This document shows positions 1 to 11,100 of a stretch of 21,045 nucleotides of DNA, one piece after another; positions within the stretch are counted from its first letter, which is position 1, and every line of letters begins with the position of its first letter. Source of the stretch: Utricularia gibba (taxonomy: Eukaryota > Plantae > Magnoliophyta); NCBI GenBank assembly GCA_002189035.1, contig NEEC01000460.1, positions 1-21,045 of the forward strand, given 5' to 3'. The position numbers were made by a program, and so were the translations under genes. The notes under the pieces are model-generated. The model saw only the letters and a program-made list of their open reading frames with translations, was not told the origin of the DNA and did not search any database.

Positions 1-3000
1 GATATAAAGCATGCGGTTGAAAACCATTTTGGGTGCTCATGACATCCTAACTTCAATAAGTGCACACGATTTTCGTCGAGTAGGACCCGATGTGGAAAGG
101 ACGAACCTTGGGTCAGAACGAAGTTCACAACGACATCACCGCCCAAAAACGACAAGCTTTTCCTTGAGAAACCATGTAGGCAGCCAATTAAAACCCAACG
201 TTAAGAAATGCATCAAGTTTTTTGCCGAGCTACAAATGACTATGGGCCCGAGCTCGACTCGACCTCCTCTCGATACCGTTGCCCCACGAGAGCGCCTCCT
301 CAATATAAAGCATGCGGTTGAGAAAACCATTTTGGTGCTTATGACATCCTAACTTCAATAAGTGCATCACGATTTTCGTCGAGTAGGACCCGATGTGGCA
401 AAGAGTCAGACCGAACCTTGGGTCAGAACGAAGTTCACAACGACATCACCGCCCAAAAACGACAAGCTTTTCCTTGAGAAACCATGTAGGCAGCCAATTA
501 AAACCCAACGTTAAGAAATGCATCAAGTTTTTTGCCGAGCTACAAATGACTATGGCCCGAGCTCGACTCGACCTCCTTCTCGATACCGTTGCCCCACGAG
601 AGCGCCTCCTCAGATATAAAGCATGCGGTTGAGAAAACCATTTTGGGTGCATGACATCCTAACTTCAATAAGTGCATCACGATTTTCGTCGAGTAGGACC
701 CGATGGCAAAAGTACCTTGGGTCAGAACGAAGTTCACAACGACATCACCGCCCAAAAACGACAAGCTTTTCCTTGAGAAACCATGTAGGCAGCCAATTAA
801 ACCCAACGTTAAGAAATGCATCAAGTTTTTTGCCGAGCAAATGACTATGGGCCCGAGCTCGACTCGAGATACCGTTACGAGAGCGCCCTCAGATATAAAG
901 CATGCGTTGAGAAAACCATTTTGGGTGCTCATGACATCCTAACTTCAATAAGTGCATCACGATTTTCGTCGAGTAGGACCCGATGTGGCAAAGGAACCGA
1001 ATGGGTCAGAACGAAGTTCACAACGACATCACCCGCCCAAAAACGACAAGCTTTTCCTTGAGAAACCATGTAGGCAGCCAATTAAAACCCAACGTTAAGA
1101 AATGCATCAAGTTTTTTGCCGAGCCACAAATGACTATGGGCCCGAGCTCGACTCGACTCCTTCTCGATACCGTTGCCCCACGAGAGCGCCTCCTCAATAT
1201 AAAGCATGCGGTTGAGAAAACCATTTTGGTGCTCATGACATCCTAACTTCAATAAGTGCATCACGATTTTCGTCGAGTAGGACCCGATGTGAACCTTGGG
1301 TCAGAACGAAGTTCACAACGACATCACCCGCCCAAAAACGACAAGCTTTTCCTTGAGAAACCATGTAGGCAGCCAATTAAAACCCAACGTTAAGAAATGC
1401 ATCAATTTTTGCCGAGCCACAAATGACTATGGGCCCGAGCTCGACTCGACCTCCTTCTCGATACCGTTGCCCCACGAGAGCGCCTCCTCAAATATAAAGC
1501 ATGCGGTTGAGAAAACCATTTGGTGCTCATGACATCCTAACTTCAATAAGTGCAGCACGATTTCGTCGAGTAGGACCCGATGTGGCAAAGGAGTCAGACC
1601 GAACCTTGGTCAGAACGAAGTTCACAACGACATCACCGCCCAAAAACGACAAGCTTTTCCTTGAGAAACCATGTAGGCAGCCAATTAAAACCCAACGTTA
1701 AGAAATGCATCAAGTTTTTTGCCGAGCTACAAATGACTATGGGCCCGAGCTCGACTCGACCTCCTTCTCGATACCGTTGCCCCACGAGAGCGCCTCCTCA
1801 GATATAAAGCATGCGGTTGAGAAAACCAATGACATCCTAACTTCAATAAGTGCATCACGATTTTCGTCGAGTAGGACCCGATGTGGCAAAGGAGTCAGAC
1901 CGAACTTGGGTCAGAACGAAGTTCACAACGACATCACCCGCCAAAAACGACAAGCTTTTCCTTGAGAAACCATGTAGGCAGCCAATTAAAACCCAACGTT
2001 AAGAAATGCATCAAGTTTTTTGCCGAGCACAAATGACTATGGGCCCGAGCTCGACTCGATCGATACCGTTGCCCCACGAGAGCGCCTCCTCAATATAAAG
2101 CATGCGGTTGAGAAAACCATTTTGGGTGCTCATGACATCCTAACTTCAATAAGTGCATCACGATTTTCGTCGAGTAGACCGATGTGGCAAAGAGTCAGAC
2201 CGAACCTTGGGTCAGAACGAAGTTCACAACGACATCACCCGCCCAAAAACGACAAGCTTTTCCTTGAGAAACCATGTAGGCAGCCAATTAAAACCCAACG
2301 TTAAGAAATGCATCAAGTTTTTTGCCGAGCTACAAATGACTATGGGCCCGAGCTCGACTCGACCTCCTCTCGATACCGTTGCCCCGAGAGCGCCTCAAAT
2401 ATAAAGCATGCGGTTGAGAAAACCATTTTGGGTGCTCATGACATCCTAACTTCAATAAGTGCAGCACGATTTTCGTCGAGTAGGACCCGATGTGGCAAAG
2501 GAGTCAGACCGAACCTTGGGTCAGAACGAAGTTCACAACGACATCACCCGCCCAAAAACGACAAGCTTTTCCTTGAGAAACCATGTAGGCAGCCAATTAA
2601 AACCCAACGTTAAGAAATGCATCAAGTTTTTTGCCGAGCTACAAATGACTATGGGCCCGAGCTCGACTCGACCTCCTTGACCGTTGCCCCACGAGAGCGC
2701 CTCCTCAGATATAAAGCATGCGGTTGAGAAAACCATTTTGGGTGCTTATGACATCCTAACTTCAATAAGTGCATCACGATTTTCGTCGAGTAGGACCCGA
2801 TGTGGCAAAGGAGTCAGACCGAACCTTGGGTCAGAACGAAGTTCACAACGACATCACCCGCCCAAAAACGACAAGCTTTTCCTTGAGAAACCATGTAGGC
2901 AGCCAATTAAAACCCAACGTTAAGAAATGCATCAAGTTTTTTGCCGAGCACAAATGACTATGGGCCCGAGCTCGACTCGACCTCCTTCTCGATACCGTTG

Positions 3001-4563
3001 CCCCACGAGAGCGCCTCCTCAGATATAAAGCATGCGGTTGAGAAAACCATTTTGGGTGCTCATGACATCCTAACTTCAATAAGTGCAGCACGATTTTCGT
3101 CGAGTAGGACCCGATGTGGCAAAGGAGTCAGACCGAACCTTGGGTCAGAACGAAGTTCACAACGACATCACCGCCCAAAAACGACAAGCTTTTCCTTGAG
3201 AAACCATGTAGCAGCCAATTAAAACCCAACGTTAAGAAATGCATCAAGTTTTTTGCCGATACAAATGACTATGGGCCCTCGACTCGACCTCCTTCTCGAT
3301 ACCGTTGCCCCACGAGAGCGCCTCCTCAATATAAAGCATGCGGTTGAGAAAACCATTTTGGGTGCTCATGACATCCTAACTTCAATAAGTGCATCACGAT
3401 TTTCGTCGAGTAGGACCCGATGTGGCAAAGGAGTCAGACCGAACCTTGGGTCAGAACGAAGTTCACAACGACATCACCGCCCAAAAACGACAAGCTTTTC
3501 CTTGAGAAACCATGTAGGCAGCCAATTAAAACCCAACGTTAAGAAATGCATCAAGTTTTTTGCCGAGCCACAAATGACTATGGGCCGAGCTCGACTCGAC
3601 CTCCTCTCGATACCGTTGCCCCACGAGAGCGCCTCCTCAATATAAAGCATGCGGTTGAGAAAACCATTTTGGGTGCTCATGACATCCTAACTTCAATAAG
3701 TGCAGCACGATTTTCGTCGAGTAGGACCCGATGTGGCAAAGGAACCTTGGGTCAGAACGAAGTTCACAACGACATCACCCGCCCAAAAACGACAAGCTTT
3801 TCCTTGAGAAACCATGTAGGCAGCCAATTAAAACCCAACGTTAAGAAATGCATCAGTTTTTTTGCCGAGCTACAAATGACTATGGGCCGAGCTCGACTCG
3901 ACCTCCTTCTCGATACCGTTGCCCCACGAGAGCGCCTCCTCAGATATAAAGCATGCGGTTGAGAAAACCATTTTGGGTGCTTATGACATCCTAACTTCAA
4001 TAAGTGCATCACGATTTTCGTCTAGGACCCGATGTGGCAAAGGAGTCAGACCGAACCTTGGGTCAGAACGAAGTTCACAACGACATCACCCGCCCAAAAA
4101 CGACAAGCTTTTCCTTGAGAAACCATGTAGGCAGCCAATTAAAACCCAACGTTAAGAAATGCATCAAGTTTTTTGCCGAGCCACAAATGACTATGGGCCC
4201 GAGCTCGACTCGACCTCCTTCTCGATACCGTTGCCCACGAGAGCGCCTCCTCAGATATAAAGCATGCGGTTGAGAAAACCATTTTGGGTGCTCATGACAT
4301 CCTAACTTCAATAAGTGCATCACGATTTTCGTCGAGTAGGACCCGATGTGGCACCTTGGTCAGAACGAAGTTCACAACGACATCACCCGCCAAAAACGAC
4401 AAGCTTTTCCTTGAGAAACCATGTAGGCAGCCAATTAAAACCAACGTTAAGAAATGCATCAAGTTTTTTGCCGAGCACAAATGACTATGGCCCGAGCTCG
4501 ACTCGACCTCCTTCTCGATACCGTTGCCCCACGAGAGCGCCTCCTCAGATATAAAGCATGCGG

Positions 4564-4722
4564 TTGAGAAAACCATTTTGGGTGCTCATGACATCCTAAC
4601 TTCAATAAGTGCATCACGATTTTCGTCGAGTAGGACCCGATGTGGCAAAGGAGTCAGACCGAACCTTGGGTCAGAACGAAGTTCACAACGACATCACCCG
4701 CCCAAAAACGACAAGCTTTTCC
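4564..4722. repeat. Subrepeat a (159 bp) of the monomer
   Basis: Begins TTGAGAAAACCAT. Positions 4564-4630 align to 4723-4788 with 48 identities in 67 columns and one gap (manual alignment). Confidence 0.85.
4653..4680 (+). repeat. Short internal direct repeat GTCAGA(C/A)CGAA x2, present in each full monomer
   Basis: GTCAGACCGAA at 4653-4663 and GTCAGAACGAA at 4670-4680, 10/11 identical and separated by CCTTGG. Confidence 0.9.
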
Positions 4723-4878
4723 TTGAGAAACCATGTAGGCAGCCAATTAAAACCCAACGTTAAGAAATGCATCAAGTTTTTTGCCGAGCTACAAATGACT
4801 ATGGGCCCGAGCTCGACTCGACCTCCTTCTCGATACCGTTGCCCCACGAGAGCGCCTCCTCAGATATAAAGCATGCGG
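4723..4878. repeat. Subrepeat b (156 bp) of the monomer
   Basis: Begins TTGAGAAACCAT. Shares CC(T/C)AAC, AA(T/G)AA(G/A)TGCATCA and TTTT(C/T)G(T/C)CGAG blocks with subrepeat a at the same spacing. Confidence 0.85.
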
Positions 4879-5078
4879 TTGAGAAAACCATTTTGGGTGC
4901 TCATGACATCCTAACTTCAATAAGTGCAGCACGATTTTCGTCGAGTAGGACCCGATGTGGCAAAGGAGTCAGACCGAACCTTGGGTCAGAACGAAGTTCA
5001 CAACGACATCACCCGCCCAAAAACGACAAGCTTTTCCTTGAGAAACCATGTAGGCAGCCAATTAAAACCCAACGTTAA
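4767..5078 (+). other. 103-codon ORF spanning almost one monomer length; probably non-coding
   Basis: ATG at 4767, TAA at 5076-5078, then one GAA codon and the next monomer's ATG at 5082. I recognise no protein family, and the frame is broken in nearly every other copy. The confidence given is for it being a real gene. Confidence 0.08.
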
Positions 5079-5177
5079 GAAATGCATCAAGTTTTTTGCC
5101 GAGCTACAAATGACTATGGGCCCGAGCTCGACTCGACCTCCTTCTCGATACCGTTGCCCCACGAGAGCGCCTCCTCA
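4863..5177. repeat. Second full-length monomer, 'G' allele type (GCAGCAC at position 67)
   Basis: 315 bp, base-for-base identical to 4548-4862 except T>G at 4929. Confidence 0.92.
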
Positions 5178-8100
5178 GATATAAAGCATGCGGTTGAGAA
5201 AACCATTTTGGTGCTTATGACATCCTAACTTCAATAAGTGCATCACGATTTTCGTCGAGTAGGACCCGATGTGGCAAAGGAGTCAGACCGAACCTTGGGT
5301 CAGAACGAAGTTCACAACGACATCACCGCCCAAAAACGACAAGCTTTTTTGAGAAACCATGTAGGCAGCCAATTAAAACCCAACGTTAAAAATGCATCAA
5401 GTTTTTTGCCGAGCACAAATGACTATGGGCCCGAGCTCGACTCGACCTCCTCTCGATACCGTTGCCCCACGAGAGCGCCTCCTCAGATATAAAGCATGCG
5501 GTTGAGAAAACCATTTTGGTGCTCATGACATCCTAACTTCAATAAGTGCATCACGATTTCGTCGAGTAGGACCCGATGTGGCAAAGGAGTCAGACCGAAC
5601 CTTGGGTCAGAACGAAGTTCACAACGACATCACCCGCCCAAAAACGACAAGCTTTTCCTTGAGAAACCATGTAGGCAGCCAATTAAAACCCAACGTTAAG
5701 AAATGCATCAAGTTTTTTGCCGAGCCACAAATGACTATGGGCCCGAGCTCGACTCGACCTCCTTCTCGATACCGTTGCCCCACGAGAGCGCCTCCTCAGA
5801 TATAAAGCATGCGGTTGAGAAAACCATTTTGGGTGCTCATGACATCCTAACTTCAATAAGTGCAGCACGATTTTCGTCGAGTAGGACCCGATGTGGCAAA
5901 GGAACCTTGGGTCAGAACGAAGTTCACAACGACATCACCCGCCCAAAAACGACAAGCTTTTCCTTGAGAAACCATGTAGGCAGCCAATTAAAACCCAACG
6001 TTAAGAAATGCATCAAGTTTTTTGCCGAGCTACAAATGACTATGGGCCGAGCTCGACTCGACCTCCTTCTCGATACCGTTGCCCCACGAGAGCGCCTCCT
6101 CAGATATAAAGCATGCGGTTGAGAAAACCATTTTGGGTGCTTATGACATCCTAACTTCAATAAGTGCATCACGATTTTCGTCGAGTAGGACCCGATGTGG
6201 CAAAGGAGTCAGACCGAACCTTGGGTCAGAACGAAGTTCACAACGACATCACCGCCCAAAAACGACAAGCTTTTCCTTGAGAAACCATGTAGGCAGCCAA
6301 TTAAAACCCAACGTTAAGAAATGCATCAAGTTTTTTGCCGCCACAAATGACGGCCCGAGCTCGACTCGACCTCCTCTCGATACCGTTGCCCCACGAGAGC
6401 GCTCCTCAATATAAAGCATGCGGTTGAGAAAACCATTTTGGGTGCTCATGACATCCTAACTTCAATAAGTGCAGCACGATTTTCGTCGAGTAGGACCCGA
6501 TGTGGCAAAGGAACCTTGGGTCAGAACGAAGTTCACAACGACATCACCCCCCAAAAACGACAAGCTTTTCCTTGAGAAACCATGTAGGCAGCCAATTAAA
6601 ACCCAACGTTAAGAAATGCATCAAGTTTTTTGCCGAGCTACAAATGACTATGGGCCCGAGCTCGACTCGACCTCCTTCTCGATACCGTTGCCCACGAGAG
6701 CGCCTCCTCAGATATAAAGCATGCGGTTGAGAAAACCATTTTGGTGCTATGACATCCTAACTTCAATAAGTGCATCACGATTTTCGTCGAGTAGGACCCG
6801 ATGTGGCAAAAGGAGTCAGACCGAACCTTGGGTCAGAACGAAGTTCACAACGACATCACCGCCCAAAAACGACAAGCTTTTCCTTGAGAAACCATGTAGC
6901 AGCCAATTAAAACCCAACGTTAAGAAATGCATCAAGTTTTTTGCCGAGCCACAAATGACTATGGGCCCGAGCTCGACTCGACCTCCTTCTCGATACCGTT
7001 GCCCCACGAGAGCGCCTCCTCAGATATAAAGCATGCGTTGAGAAAACCATTTTGGGTGCTATGACATCCTAACTTCAATAAGTGCAGCACGATTTTCGTC
7101 GAGTAGGACCCGATGTGGCAAAGGAGTCAGACCGAACCTTGGGTCAGAACGAAGTTCACAACGACATCACCCGCCCAAAAACGACAAGCTTTTCCTTGAG
7201 AAACCATGTAGGCAGCCAATTAAAACCCAACGTTAAGAAATGCATCAAGTTTTTTGCCGAGCTACAAATGACTATGGGCCCGAGCTCGACTCGACCTCCT
7301 TCTCGATACCGTTGCCCCACGAGAGCGCCTCCTCAGATTAAAGCATGCGGTTGAGAAAACCATTTTGGGTGCTTATGACATCCTAACTTCAATAAGTGCA
7401 TCACGATTTTCGTCGAGTAGACCGATGTGGCAAAGGAGTCAGACCGAACCTTGGTCAGAACGAAGTTCACAACGACATCACCCGCCCAAAAACGACAAGC
7501 TTTTCCTTGAGAAACCATGTAGGCAGCCAATTAAAACCCAACGTTAAGAAATGCATCAAGTTTTTTGCCGAGCTACAAATGACTATGGGCCCGAGCTCGA
7601 CTCGACCTCCTTCTCGATACCGTTGCCCCACGAGAGCGCCTCCTCAGATATAAAGCATGCGGTTGAGAAAACCATTTTGGGTGCTCATGACATCCTAACT
7701 TCAATAAGTGCATCACGATTTCGTCGAGTAGGACCCGATGTGGCAAAGGAGTCAGACCGAACCTTGGGTCAGAACGAAGTTCACAACGACATCACCCGCC
7801 CAAAAACGACAAGCTTTTCCTTGAGAAACCATGTAGGCAGCCAATTAAAACCCAACGTTAAGAAATGCATCAAGTTTTTTGCCGAGCCACAAATGACTAT
7901 GGGCCCGAGCTCGACTCGACCACCTGCTCGATACCGTTGCCCCACGAGAGCGCCTTATCAAATATAAAGCATGCGGTTGAGAAAACCATTTTGGTGCTCA
8001 TGACATCCTAACTTCAATAAGTGCAGCACGATTTTCGTCGAGTAGGACCCGATGTGGCAAAGGAGTCAGACCGAACCTTGGGTCAGAACGAAGTTCACAA

Positions 8101-11100
8101 CGACATCACCGCCCAAAAACGACAAGCTTTTCCTTGAGAAAACCATGTAGGCAGCCAATTAAAACCCAACGTTAAGAAATGCATCAAGTTTTTTGCCGAG
8201 CTACAAATGACTATGGGCCCGAGCTCGACTCGACCTCCTTCTCGATACCGTTGCCCACGAGAGCGCCTCTCAGATATAAAGCATGCGGTTGAGAAAACCA
8301 TTTTGGGTGCTTATGACATCCTAACTTCAATAAGTGCATCACGATTTCGTCGAGTAGGACCCGATGTGGCAAAGGAGTCAGACCGAACCTTGGGTCAGAA
8401 CGAAGTTCACAACGACATCACCGCCCAAAAACGACAAGCTTTTCCTTGAGAAACCATGTAGGCAGCCAATTAAAACCCAACGTTAAGAAATGCATCAAGT
8501 TTTTTGCCGAGCACAAATGACTATGGGCCGAGCTCGACTCGACCTCCTTCTCGATACCGTTGCCCCACGAGAGCGCCTCCTCAGATATAAAGCATGCGGT
8601 TGAGAAAACCATTTTGGGTGCTCATGACATCCTAACTTCAATAAGTGCAGCACGATTTTCGTCGAGTAGGACCGATGTGGCAAAAGGAACCTTGGGTCAG
8701 AACGAAGTTCACAACGACATCACCCGCCAAAAACGACAAGCTTTTCCTTGAGAAACATGTAGGCAGCCAATTAAAACCAACGTTAAGAAATGCATCAAGT
8801 TTTTTGCCGAGCCACAAATGACTATGGGCCGAGCTCGACTCGACCTCCTTCTCGATACCGTTGCCCACGAGAGCGCCTCCTCATATAAAGCATGCGGTTG
8901 AGAAAACCATTTTGGGTGCTCATGACATCCTAACTTCAATAAGTGCATCACGATTTTCGTCGAGTAGGACCGATGTGGCAAAGGAACCTTGGGTCAGAAC
9001 GAAGTTCACAACGACATCACCCGCCAAAAACGACAAGCTTTTCCTTGAGAAACCATGTAGGCAGCCAATTAAAACCCAACGTTAAGAAATGCATCAAGTT
9101 TTTTGCCGAGCCACAAATGACTATGGGCCCGAGCTCGACTCGACCTCTTCTCGATACCGTTGCCCACGAGAGCGCCTCCTCAGATATAAAGCATGCGGTT
9201 GAGAAAACCATTTTGGGTGCTCATGACATCTAACTTCAATAAGTGCATCACGATTTTCGTCGAGTAGGACCGATGTGGCAAAGGAGTCAGACCGAACCTT
9301 GGGTCAGAACGAAGTTCACAACGACATCACCGCCCGACAAGCTTTTCCTTGAGAAACCATGTAGGCAGCCAATTAAAACCAACGTTAAGAAATGCATCAA
9401 GTTTTTTGCCGAGCCACAAATGACTATGGGCCCGAGCTCGACTCGACCTCCTTCTCGATACCGTTGCCCACGAGAGCGCCTCCTCAGATATAAAGCATGC
9501 GGTTGAGAAACCATTTTGGTGCTTATGACATCCTAACTTCAATAAGTGCAGCACGATTTTCGTCGAGTAGGACCCGATGTGGCAAAGGAGTCAGACGAAC
9601 TTGGGTCAGAACGAAGTTCACAACGACATCACCCCCAAAAACGACAAGCTTTTCCTTGAGAAACCATGTAGGCAGCCAATTAAAACCCAACGTTAAGAAA
9701 TGCATCAAGTTTTTTGCCGAGCTACAAATGACTATGGGCCCGAGCTCGACTCGACCTCCTTCTCGATACCGTTGCCCACGAGAGCGCCTCCTCAGATATA
9801 AAGCATGCGGTTGAGAAAACCATTTTGGGTGCTCATGACATCCTAACTTCAATAAGTGCAGCACGATTTTCGTCGAGTAGGACCCGATGTGGCAAAGGAG
9901 TCAGACCGAACCTTGGGTCAGAACGAAGTTCACAACGACATCACCCGCCCAAAAACGACAAGCTTTTCCTTGAGAAACCATGTAGGCAGCCAATTAAAAC
10001 CAACGTTAAGAAATGCATCAAGTTTTTTGCCGAGCTACAAATGACTATGGGCCGAGCTCGACTCGACTCCTTCTCGATACCGTTGCCCCACGAGAGCGCC
10101 TCTCAGATATAAAGCATGCGGTTGAGAAAACATTTTGGGTGCTTATGACATCCTAACTTCAATAAGTGCATCACGATTTTCGTCGAGTAGGACCCGATGT
10201 GGCAAAGGAGTCAGACCGAACCTTGGGTCAGAACGAAGTTCACAACGACATCACCGCCCAAAAACGACAAGCTTTTCCTTGAGAACCATGTAGGCAGCCA
10301 ATTAAAACCCAACGTTAAGAAATGCATCAAGTTTTTTGCCGAGCACAAATGACTATGGGCCCGAGCTCGACTCGACCTCCTTCGATACCGTTGCCCACGA
10401 GAGCGCTCCTCAGATATAAAGCATGCGGTTGAGAAACCATTTTGGGTGCTCATGACATCCTAACTTCAATAAGTGCATCACGATTTTCGTCGAGTAGGAC
10501 CCGATGTGGCAAAGGAGGGTCAGAACGAAGTTCACAACGACATCACCGCCCAAAAACGACAAGCTTTTCCTTGAGAAACCATGTAGGCAGCCAATTAAAA
10601 CCCAACGTTAAGAAATGCATCAAGTTTTTTGCCGAGCCACAAATGACTATGGGCCCGAGCTCGACTCGACCTCTTCTCGATACCGTTGCCACACGAGAGC
10701 GCCTCAGATATAAAGCATGCGGTTGAGAAAACCATTTTGGGTGCTCATGACATCCTAACTTCAATAAGTGCAGCACGATTTCGTCGAGTAGGACCCGATG
10801 TGGCAAAGGAGTCAGACCGAACCTTGGGTCAGAACGAAGTTCACAACGACATCACCGCCAAAAACGACAAGCTTTTCCTTGAGAAACCATGTAGGCAGCC
10901 AATTAAAACCAACGTTAAGAAATGCATCAAGTTTTTTGCCGAGCTACAAATGACTATGGGCCCGAGCTCGACTCGACTCCTTCTCGATACCGTTGCCCAC
11001 GAGAGCGCCTCCTCAGATATAAAGCATGCGGTTGAGAAAACCATTTTGGGTGCTCATGACATCCTAACTTCAATAAGTGCAACGATTTTCGTCGAGTAGG

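Larger units (their letters stand above)
4548..4862. repeat. Reference full-length monomer (315 bp, 152 G+C = 48% GC)
   Basis: It carries the longest commonly seen form of each homopolymer. The next copy (4863-5177) is also exactly 315 bp and differs only at monomer position 67 (T vs G). Single sites per monomer: HindIII 4713-4718, ApaI 4803-4808, SacI 4809-4814. Confidence 0.93.

Noticed and set aside
4550-4555. TATAAA box once per monomer
   Set aside because: A single hexamer in 315 bp is unremarkable and no downstream gene structure supports it.
4643-4720. Pol III type-2 promoter (A-box-like TGGCAAAGGAG 4643-4653, B-box-like GTTCACAAC 4681-4689, TTTT 4717-4720)
   Set aside because: The B box mismatches the conserved A of GTTCRANNC, the A-box consensus is highly degenerate, and there is no tRNA-like fold. 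This is compatible with chance.
4556-4814. Synthetic polylinker or construct (SphI, BspHI, HindIII, AclI, NsiI, ApaI and SacI sites)
   Set aside because: About five 6-bp palindromes are expected by chance in 315 bp. The sites are dispersed, no vector, adapter or primer sequence is recognisable, and the ancient a/b dimer structure indicates natural origin.
4576-4845. G-quadruplex or true telomeric repeat tract
   Set aside because: G3 runs are too widely spaced on both strands, and no perfect TTTAGGG or TTAGGG unit is present.
4548-4862. 5S rDNA, spliced-leader, snRNA or tRNA tandem gene unit (unit size would fit a short 5S array)
   Set aside because: I found no 5S rRNA conserved blocks, no cloverleaf or TTCGA T-loop, and no SL or Sm-site motif on either strand.
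4548-4862. Viroid or viroid-like circular RNA concatemer (315 nt is in the viroid size range)
   Set aside because: There is no pospiviroid central conserved region, no ribozyme and no evident rod-like self-complementarity. Linked haplotypes among copies are inconsistent with copying one small circle.
4548-4862. Match to grass centromeric satellites (CentO/CentC, about 155 bp) suggested by subrepeat length and the TTGGGTGC word
   Set aside because: Only the length and one short word agree; I could not align longer blocks from memory. It needs a database search and is not supported as it stands.
4800-4863. Hammerhead ribozyme as in newt, schistosome or cricket satellites (minus-strand CTGAGGA at 4857-4863, followed by a TCTCG/CGAGA stem)
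   Set aside because: The stem is not adjacent to the core, and it is followed by AGGAGG rather than the invariant GAAA. No stems I/III or cleavage triplet could be assembled.
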